A stretch of DNA of 29,230 nt, taken from NCBI GenBank assembly GCA_035314265.1, contig DATFZR010000427.1:1-29230 (forward strand), given 5' to 3'. Positions 1 to 6,626 of the stretch are shown one piece after another. The translations under genes and the position numbers were made by a program. The notes beneath the pieces were generated by a model, which saw only the letters and a list, made by a program, of their open reading frames with translations, was not told the DNA's origin and did no database searches. The DNA is from Candidatus Acidiferrales bacterium (GTDB lineage: Bacteria > Acidobacteriota > Terriglobia > Acidiferrales > UBA7541). Positions within the stretch are counted from its first letter, which is position 1, and every line of letters starts with the position of its first letter.

Positions 1-1191
1 TCCACCACCATGGCGTTCGTGGGCATGCTGCGCAAAATGTTGAAGGATCCGGAAATCGGCAAGCTCATCGTACCGATCGTGCCGGATGAAGCGCGCACGT
101 TCGGCATGGAGTCACTGTTCCGCACCGTGGGAATTTACGCGCACGGCGGGCAGAAGTACGAGCCGGTGGACGTCCACACGCTGCTCTATTACAAGGAAGC
201 GAAGGACGGCCAGATCCTGGAAGAAGGAATCACCGAAGCCGGGTCGCTCTGTTCGCTCATCGCAGCAGGCACGGCCTACTCGACGCACGGCATCAACACG
301 ATCCCGTTCTTCATTTTCTACTCGATGTTCGGCCTCCAGCGCATTGGCGATTTGGTGTGGGCCGCCGCGGACATGAGCACGCGCGGCTTCCTGCTGGGCG
401 GCACCTCGGGACGCACCACTCTGGCCGGAGAAGGCCTGCAACACCAGGACGGCAACAGCCACATCCTGGCGCTGCCGGTGCCCAACCTGCGCGCCTACGA
501 TCCCGCGTTCGCGTATGAGATTTCCGTGATTCTGCACGACGGCATTCGGCGCATGTACGGCCAAGGCGAACGCATCTTCTACTACATCACCGTGATGAAC
601 GAAGCGTACGTGATGCCGGCCATGCCGGAAGGCGCCAAGGAAGGAATTCTGCGCGGCATGTACCGCCTAAAGGCTTCCGCTGTGAAGAAGCCCAAGCTGC
701 GCGCGCAACTGCTGGGCAGCGGCGCAATCCTGCTGGAAACGCTGAAGGCGCAGGAAATCCTGGAAGAGAAATTCGGCGTCGCCGCCGACGTGTGGAGCGT
801 CACGAGCTACAAGGAACTCTATCGCGACGCCGTGGACGCGGAGCGCGAGAACCTGCTGCAGCGCCCCGCGAAGCCGCGCGTGCCGTACGTCACATCGAGC
901 CTCGCCGGCACGCAGGGACCGATCGTCGCCGCGAGCGATTATCTGAAGGCCCTGCCGCTGATGATTGCAAAGTGGATGCCGCGCCAGCCCGTCGTGCTGG
1001 GCACAGACGGCTTCGGCCGCAGCGATTCGCGCGCCGCCCTGCGCCGCTTCTTTGAAGTAGATGCGGCAGCCATCGCGCTAGCCGCGCTGGTCGAACTGCA
1101 CCGCGAGGGTCAGGTGGATAAGGCGACGATCGAGCGCGCCATCAAAGAACTGGGCGTCGATACGGGAAAGCCCAACCCCGCCACCGTCTAG
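1..1191 (+). CDS. aceE: Pyruvate dehydrogenase E1 component, homodimeric AceE type; C-terminal part, 5' end outside the window
   Basis: Frame is open from base 1. AceE motifs IVPIVPDEARTFGMESLF, GQILEEGITEAG, GRTTLAGEGLQHQDG and LGTDGFGRSD are present. Stop TAG at 1189-1191. Confidence 0.95.
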   Translation, partial: STTMAFVGMLRKMLKDPEIGKLIVPIVPDEARTFGMESLFRTVGIYAHGGQKYEPVDVHTLLYYKEAKDGQILEEGITEAGSLCSLIAAGTAYSTHGINTIPFFIFYSMFGLQRIGDLVWAAADMSTRGFLLGGTSGRTTLAGEGLQHQDGNSHILALPVPNLRAYDPAFAYEISVILHDGIRRMYGQGERIFYYITVMNEAYVMPAMPEGAKEGILRGMYRLKASAVKKPKLRAQLLGSGAILLETLKAQEILEEKFGVAADVWSVTSYKELYRDAVDAERENLLQRPAKPRVPYVTSSLAGTQGPIVAASDYLKALPLMIAKWMPRQPVVLGTDGFGRSDSRAALRRFFEVDAAAIALAALVELHREGQVDKATIERAIKELGVDTGKPNPATV

Positions 1192-1212
1192 CGGGCTCTG
1201 CGGGCGCCGCGG

Positions 1213-2511
1213 TTAGCGCGTGGCAATCTCTCGCAGCGATTCAAGCAACCGGTCTACTTCCTCGGCCGTGTTGTAATGCACCAGGCCAATGCGCAGCAGG
1301 CCGCCGTCACTCTCCACACCGAGGCGTTCCGTCAGATTCAAGGCGTAGTAGTTGCCGTCCCACGTGAAGATGCCGCGCTCGCCGAGATACGCTGCGATCT
1401 CCGCAGGTTTCGCGCGCGCCAGGCGAATCCCCACCGTCGGCACGCGCGAGGCAAATCGCGCCGGATCGGAAATGCCGTAGAACCTAAGTCCCGGGATTTC
1501 CAGCAGCCCGGGGATCAGTTTCCGCGCCAGTCCACCTTCGTATTCGCGGATGGCTCGATAAGCGGCCAGAATCGCCTCACGCCGCCCGGCTTCACCCTCT
1601 GGAATTGCGGCCGCTGTGCCTGCCATTGCCCGGCGGCCCACGCTGGCGATGTAGTCGATCGCGGCGGCCACTCCGGCGATTCCTTCGTGGCTCAGCGTAC
1701 CCGTTTCCCAGCGGTCGGGCAGATTGTCGGGCGCCGGACGCACCTTATAAGGATGCAGGCGCAGCAGGTGCTCGCGCCTGCCGTAGAGAGCGCCCATGTG
1801 CGGGCCGAAAAATTTGTAGGGCGAGCAGACCAGAAAATCGCAGCCCAGCGCGCGCACGTCAATCGGCCCGTGCGGCGCGTAATGCACGGCGTCTACGAAC
1901 GAAAGGGCGCCTACTTCGCGCGCCAGCCGGACGACGTAGGCAACGTCGTTGAGCGTACCCACCGCATTCGCTGCGTAGCCCACGGCCACCAGGCGCGTCC
2001 TCCCGGTGATCTTCCGCCGCAGGTCGTCTATGTCCAGCGTGCAATCTTCCACGCGGACGTCCGCCTGGCGCACCACGATGCCGCGGTCTTCAAGCGCGCG
2101 CCACGGGGCCACGTTGGCGTCGTGATCGAGCGTGGTGGTGACAATTTCGTCCCCCGGCTTCAGATCCCGCCCGATCGCGCGCGCAAACGCGAACGTGAGC
2201 GTGGTCATGTTCTGCCCGAAGAACACCTCGTCGCGCTCGCAGCCCAGGAAGTCCGCCATGGCCTGATGCGCCGCCGCCAGCATGGCGTCCGTGCGCCGGC
2301 TCGTAAGGAACGCCCCCGCGGTGTTGGCGTTCGCATGCAGCAGGTAGTCGCTCATCGCGTCCACCACCTGCTGCGGTACCTGCGTTCCCGCGGGAGCGTC
2401 CAGAAACGCCGCGGGCCGCCCGTTCACAGTCAGGCGGAGTGAGGGGAACTGCGCGCGCACCCAGGCGACGTCGAGCGCGGCATGGGTTGGATCTGTAGTG
2501 CTGGCTGGCAT
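1213..2511 (-). CDS. Class V PLP-dependent aminotransferase, cysteine-desulfurase-like (VC1184-type subfamily)
   Basis: LDAPAGTQVP, DAVHYAPH, PLP-lysine motif CSPYKFFGPH, RIGLVHYNT. Start placed at ATG 2511 because GGGAGA lies just upstream; the ORF track extends to 2547. Confidence 0.88.
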   Translation of the reverse strand: MPASTTDPTHAALDVAWVRAQFPSLRLTVNGRPAAFLDAPAGTQVPQQVVDAMSDYLLHANANTAGAFLTSRRTDAMLAAAHQAMADFLGCERDEVFFGQNMTTLTFAFARAIGRDLKPGDEIVTTTLDHDANVAPWRALEDRGIVVRQADVRVEDCTLDIDDLRRKITGRTRLVAVGYAANAVGTLNDVAYVVRLAREVGALSFVDAVHYAPHGPIDVRALGCDFLVCSPYKFFGPHMGALYGRREHLLRLHPYKVRPAPDNLPDRWETGTLSHEGIAGVAAAIDYIASVGRRAMAGTAAAIPEGEAGRREAILAAYRAIREYEGGLARKLIPGLLEIPGLRFYGISDPARFASRVPTVGIRLARAKPAEIAAYLGERGIFTWDGNYYALNLTERLGVESDGGLLRIGLVHYNTAEEVDRLLESLREIATR

Positions 2512-2602
2512 GGGTCTCCCGGAAATCGTAAACGTAACGCCGCACACCCACGGCGAGGGTGCCGGGGTGCTCCGCGGGAAAGAATCGCTGCCGGCGAGCC
2601 GC

Positions 2603-2845
2603 CTAGCGGAACGATTTCTTGAGCTTCTTCTGGAGCTTCTTCAGGTCCTTCTCGAGCGAGCCGACGGTCTTATTGAGCTGCGCGATGCCTTTGCGGGCGC
2701 TGTCCAGGCCTTCCTGCGTGGCTTCGGAAGCAGAGCGCGCGGCGGTTTCCGCGGCCTTTGCCGCGGAACGCGCGGCGGTCTCCGTGCTGCCCAGGGCGGC
2801 CCCGATGGACTGCGCGGCCCGGGTGAATGCGTTTTTCTTGGCCAT
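2603..2845 (-). CDS. Small (80 aa) Ala/Lys-rich helical hypothetical protein
   Basis: Strong SD (GGAGGAG) before ATG 2845. Fills the gap between recognised genes. Contains an 11-residue repeat and a C-terminal coiled-coil-like segment. Confidence 0.75.
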   Translation of the reverse strand: MAKKNAFTRAAQSIGAALGSTETAARSAAKAAETAARSASEATQEGLDSARKGIAQLNKTVGSLEKDLKKLQKKLKKSFR

Positions 2846-2948
2846 TCTCTCCTCCACTCGAACGTCGCGTCATCGTAAACCGTGCATGGTCGAGCCGTCA
2901 ACGCATCTCCACCGATCGCTGTCCGCGCTCGCGTTTCTCCAAGCCCGC

Positions 2949-2990
2949 GGCTCGGCCCACGGTTTGGCCCTCGGTTTGGCCCTCGGTTTG
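2949..2990. repeat. 12-bp tandem repeat (GGTTTGGCCCTC x2.5, preceded by one degenerate copy)
   Basis: Read directly: ggctcggcccac ggtttggccctc ggtttggccctc ggtttg. Confidence 0.85.
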
Positions 2991-2997
2991 ATAGGAT
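2989..2997 (+). promoter_or_regulatory. Candidate extended -10 element (TGaTAGGAT) for the M61-like gene
   Basis: Matches TGnTAnnnT and lies 9 nt upstream of the GTG at 3007. Confidence 0.45.
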
Positions 2998-3006
2998 GCA
3001 TGGACT

Positions 3007-4419
3007 GTGCGCGTCTCGCTGCTCGCGTCCGTGCTGCTGGCTGTGACAGCCTCGAGCCCTCCGGCGCGCGCGGCGTCGCCGCCTCCCATGCGCTACGAAT
3101 TGACCTACGCCGCGGCCGGAAGCGCGACCGTGCACGTGCGGATCGATCTGCCCGCCGCGGCGTCCCCCTGCACGCTGATGATTCCCCGCGCCGTCCCCAT
3201 GGGCTACGGCGAGGAGCCCTACGACCGCTTCGTCACCAATGTGAAAGCCTTCGACGCCGCCGGGAAACCGCTCCAAGTGGCGCGCGCCGAGGGCCCGCGC
3301 TGGAGCGTCGGGACCGCTTCGCGTGTGGAATACGACGTCGACGTGGCGCGCATGGAGCGCGAGATCACCACCGGCACAGACAGCTCGCGCGTGCGGCCGG
3401 ATTACGCGGCCTTCCTTGGCTATTCCGTGTTCGGATTGATCGAGGGAAAAGAGGATCTCCCCATCGTGTTGCACGTCGTAGCCCCCAAAGGCTGGCCGGT
3501 GTTCTCCACGCTGGCGCCCGCGGGCGGCGAAATGCGCGCCGGGAACTTCTACGCCCTGGCCGATGCGCAGATCGTTATGGGTCCCGCGTTTCATGCGAGG
3601 CAGGTGCAGTACGCCGGCGAGAAGAGAGTGCCCCTCCATCTGGTTTACTACTCCGAAGTGCCGGTGGACGGCGCACGCCTTGAAACCATCTCGGGCCAGG
3701 CCGTGGCCGCGATGCTGGATTACTTTGACGTTCCCGGCCCCGCGCCATTCGCGCATTACACGGTGTTTCTGGAATTCCTGAAGCCGGCATCGCCGAAGCA
3801 CGAATACGGCTTCGGAATGGAGCACATGGAGAGCTTTCACGCGGCGCTGGCCGCCGCGGACGCCGATCCCGCCGCTTTTCCCGACGCGCGGCTGCGCTAC
3901 CACATCGCCCACCACGTGGCCCATGCCTGGATTCCGAAGCGCTCCTACGGAGAAGGCTACTACCCGTTCACGTGGGCCAGCGCCCCGCAAATCGACACGA
4001 TCTGGTTCAGCGAAGGTTTTGCCCAGTACGCCGCGATTGCGGCGCTGGCTACGACAGAAGACCAGCGCCAGCAGATGCTCGACCGCAGATTCCGCAGCGT
4101 CCTCCGCGAAACCACGCCCGAGCTGCGCCACATGCCGCTCCGCGAGCTCTCTCTTCTCGCCTCCACGCAATACGCCACCGACTTCCGCATCGGCCAGCTC
4201 ACGTTTGCGCGCGGCGGATTGATGGCCGCGGAAATGGACGACTACATTCAATCTGAGACGCACGGACAGAAGACGCTGCGCGACGCGTTGCGTTTCCTGA
4301 TCGCGTGGAGCGCGCAAAACCATCGCGCCTTCCGTATTGAGGACCTTCCCGTGCGCTTTCGCGAAGCAACAGGCGCGGACATAACGCCGATTCTGGAAAA
4401 GTGGCTAGCGCCCCTGTAG
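3007..4419 (+). CDS. Secreted M61 (glycyl aminopeptidase)-like metallopeptidase homologue with atypical HHxxH motif and no PDZ domain
   Basis: Signal-peptide-like N-terminus. M61-like GMEH and AHHVAHAWIPKR...IWFSEGFAQY, where M61 normally reads HExxHxW...LWxxEG. Confidence 0.8.
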   Translation: MRVSLLASVLLAVTASSPPARAASPPPMRYELTYAAAGSATVHVRIDLPAAASPCTLMIPRAVPMGYGEEPYDRFVTNVKAFDAAGKPLQVARAEGPRWSVGTASRVEYDVDVARMEREITTGTDSSRVRPDYAAFLGYSVFGLIEGKEDLPIVLHVVAPKGWPVFSTLAPAGGEMRAGNFYALADAQIVMGPAFHARQVQYAGEKRVPLHLVYYSEVPVDGARLETISGQAVAAMLDYFDVPGPAPFAHYTVFLEFLKPASPKHEYGFGMEHMESFHAALAAADADPAAFPDARLRYHIAHHVAHAWIPKRSYGEGYYPFTWASAPQIDTIWFSEGFAQYAAIAALATTEDQRQQMLDRRFRSVLRETTPELRHMPLRELSLLASTQYATDFRIGQLTFARGGLMAAEMDDYIQSETHGQKTLRDALRFLIAWSAQNHRAFRIEDLPVRFREATGADITPILEKWLAPL

Positions 4420-4457
4420 CGCGCGGCACAGCCCCGCGGCTTTTCCCCGCCGCGCGC
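4419..4457. terminator. GC-rich inverted repeat between convergent genes; possible bidirectional terminator or stabiliser
   Basis: gcgcgcggc (4419-4427) is the reverse complement of gccgcgcgc (4449-4457). The 21-nt loop is long and there is no adjacent U-tract. Confidence 0.35.
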
Positions 4458-4462
4458 CGCCG

Positions 4463-5467
4463 TTACTGCGCCAGCCTCCCCTGCGCGATCCCCTTCTCCA
4501 GCGTAAACGTCGCCCCCACCGCCCCCACCAGGCACGCCTGCCGCGGCAATCCAAGCTTGTCCTTCAAGTAGTACACCGTGTGCAGCCCCGTGCAGTGCGC
4601 GCCCAGAATATTCTGTATCCCCATGTCGTGCAGCTTCCCCGCCGTCCAATCCAGCTTCGCATCGTCCGCCGCAAACAGGTGGAAGCCGCCGATGGCCGCA
4701 TAGATCGGAGCCGGCCGCACCGTGTGCCGCGCGTAGTCCAGGATGTTCACGATGCCGGCGTGCCCGCACCCCGTCAGCATCACCAGGCCACGGTCCGTAT
4801 CGAACACCAGCGCCTGATCCTCCGGCACGTTGTCCTCCACCGGCCCGCCCGGCGTCACCACGTTGCCCGTGACGCTCCAATTTCGCTCCGGATACACGCG
4901 CGGCACCGGCCCGGTAAGCCACACGCCGGGAAAAAGCTGCACAGGTTTCGCGTTCTCGATGATCGTTCCGCCCAGCGCCTCGTACTCGCGCCGCGTCGCA
5001 ATCATGCTGTTCCCTTCGCCGCCTTGCGCGTTCGGCCGGCTCCAGAAAATCCCCGGCGCTACATACGCGCGCGATAGCGCCTGCGGGTTCACGGCGGAAA
5101 ACTCGCGCCGCAGCGTCACCAGCCCGCCCGTATGGTCGGCGTGGTTGTGGCTCAGAATCACGTCGCGCACGCCGGACAGGTCAATCTTCAGCTCGCGCGC
5201 GTTTTGCAACACCGTCGTCGGCCGCGCGCCCGTGTCGTAGAGGATGCGGTTGCCATCCACCTCCACCAGCGCGGCAAATCCCCATTCGCCGATGCCATCG
5301 TCCGCCAGCATCGTGGAGAGAATGGTAATCTTCAGCGCGTGCACACGCGGCCGTTCAGCGTCGTCCGCACGCGGCGCCGCTGTACCGGAACTCGGCGCCC
5401 GCGCCCCGAGCAGGCCCGCCCCCAGGAGCATCACGCCGAGGGATGAAAGCCACAGCCGACGGTTCAT
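4463..5467 (-). CDS. MBL-fold metallo-hydrolase (COG1237-like), probably exported
   Basis: SHNHADHTGG (HxHxDH), LYDTG, GCGHAG, GGFHL and HCTG motifs. N-terminal RR plus hydrophobic signal (MNRRLWLSSLGVMLLGAG). SD GGGAGG lies 5 nt before ATG 5467. Confidence 0.88.
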   Translation of the reverse strand: MNRRLWLSSLGVMLLGAGLLGARAPSSGTAAPRADDAERPRVHALKITILSTMLADDGIGEWGFAALVEVDGNRILYDTGARPTTVLQNARELKIDLSGVRDVILSHNHADHTGGLVTLRREFSAVNPQALSRAYVAPGIFWSRPNAQGGEGNSMIATRREYEALGGTIIENAKPVQLFPGVWLTGPVPRVYPERNWSVTGNVVTPGGPVEDNVPEDQALVFDTDRGLVMLTGCGHAGIVNILDYARHTVRPAPIYAAIGGFHLFAADDAKLDWTAGKLHDMGIQNILGAHCTGLHTVYYLKDKLGLPRQACLVGAVGATFTLEKGIAQGRLAQ

Positions 5468-5479
5468 GGGAGCCTCCCG
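5468..5479. promoter_or_regulatory. Palindromic 12-bp spacer carrying SD-like sequences on both strands
   Basis: CAT-GGGAG-C-CTCCC-G-ATG. Plus-strand GGGAG lies 7 nt before ATG 5480; minus-strand GGGAGG lies 5 nt before ATG 5467. Confidence 0.6.
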
Positions 5480-5881
5480 ATGGATATCGAAGCCATCCGA
5501 CAATACTGCCTCGCATTGCCCGCCACCACGGAGAAAATCCAGTGGGGAGCGGACCTCGTATTCAAGGTCGGCGGAAAGATGTATGCCGCCGTTGTATTGG
5601 ATGACCGAAAGCTCGGCCAGTTATCTTTCAAATCCACGCCGGAAGGCTTTGCCGATCTGGTCGAGCGCGAAGGAATCGAGCCGGCCGCCTATGCCGCCCG
5701 ATATCACTGGGTGACCGTGCTTCCCCCGCACACCCTGCGCGAAGAAGAACTCCGCACCCTGCTGCGTGCCGCCTACGAAATCGTGCGCGCGGCCCTGCCC
5801 AGGAAGGTACAAGCCCGGATCGCGGGCGACGCCGGCGCCAGCCCGCCGCGAACGAAGCCCCGCCGGAAATCACGGCATTGA
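5480..5881 (+). CDS. MmcQ/YjbR family DNA-binding protein
   Basis: YCLALPATTEKIQWG..LVFKVGGKMYA and PAAYAARYHWV are typical of YjbR/MmcQ. Basic C-terminal tail. Confidence 0.88.
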   Translation: MDIEAIRQYCLALPATTEKIQWGADLVFKVGGKMYAAVVLDDRKLGQLSFKSTPEGFADLVEREGIEPAAYAARYHWVTVLPPHTLREEELRTLLRAAYEIVRAALPRKVQARIAGDAGASPPRTKPRRKSRH

Positions 5882-5889
5882 TTCCGCCT

Positions 5890-6540
5890 TTACTGCCGTT
5901 CGATCACCAGCGCCCCGTTTTCCACCCGCACGTCGCGAATCTCAGCGGGGACGCGGAATTTCTCTCGGTTCTCCGGCTTATCAAACAGCCGCGTGACCGC
6001 GGCGCTCAGCGCCGATTGGGGTAGCGCCAGATCCCCCAGATTTCCTCCCGTGGGCTCAAAACGCAGGTAGCCGCCAACCACGTGCAACCGTCCTTGAAGC
6101 TGGAGCGTCAGGTCCTTCCCCAGTAGATTCATCACCGCGAAGATGCTGGCCTGATCGCCCTGAAGGGTGACTTTCACGCTCTGCACAGACGCCTGCAACT
6201 GATCCACAGTCGGCTCTGCGTTCTCCTCACCGCCTCCCCCAGGCACGTGCGCAGCGAGAAAGGAGTTCAGTTCCTCTTCGCTCAGTTCGATTCGCCGCGA
6301 CTCGTTCGGCTCGCTTACCAGCGAGGGCGGCGTTGCAAGCGCCAGCATTTTTTGCTCCGCGCTTTGCGCCGCCTGCGGGCTCACCGTCACCTGCGGCGAC
6401 GGCGCCCGCCGCAGCATGAGCACGAGCATCCACGCGCCGGCCACGATGGAAGCCCAGTAGAAGACGCGCCACGCCTTGCGCCAGATGCTGGCCGGCGGCT
6501 TCGGCGGCGCCGGAGGCGAATTCGCGGTTGGTATCTTCAT
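5890..6540 (-). CDS. Hypothetical protein with a single N-terminal membrane anchor
   Basis: Pro-rich N-terminus, then a hydrophobic span (VFYWASIVAGAWMLVLML), then a beta-rich domain. Fills the gap between recognised genes. Confidence 0.8.
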   Translation of the reverse strand: MKIPTANSPPAPPKPPASIWRKAWRVFYWASIVAGAWMLVLMLRRAPSPQVTVSPQAAQSAEQKMLALATPPSLVSEPNESRRIELSEEELNSFLAAHVPGGGGEENAEPTVDQLQASVQSVKVTLQGDQASIFAVMNLLGKDLTLQLQGRLHVVGGYLRFEPTGGNLGDLALPQSALSAAVTRLFDKPENREKFRVPAEIRDVRVENGALVIERQ

Positions 6541-6548
6541 TTAGGGTT

Positions 6549-6619
6549 GCAGAATCGAAAACCGGCAAGACCCAGGTCAATGCGATGGATCCGCCTGTTT
6601 TCCGTTTTTCGATTCCTGC
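6549..6619. repeat. AT-rich heptamer-type inverted-repeat element, site A
   Basis: gaatcgaaaa (6552-6561) pairs perfectly with ttttcgattc (6606-6615), with further pairing on both sides. Confidence 0.65.
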
Positions 6620-6626
6620 TCTTCGC

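Noticed and set aside
1276-4323. Overlapping ORFs 1276-2442(+), 2619-3683(+) and 2641-4323(-)
   Set aside because: They overlap well-supported genes in other frames or on the other strand and show GC-driven low-complexity composition.
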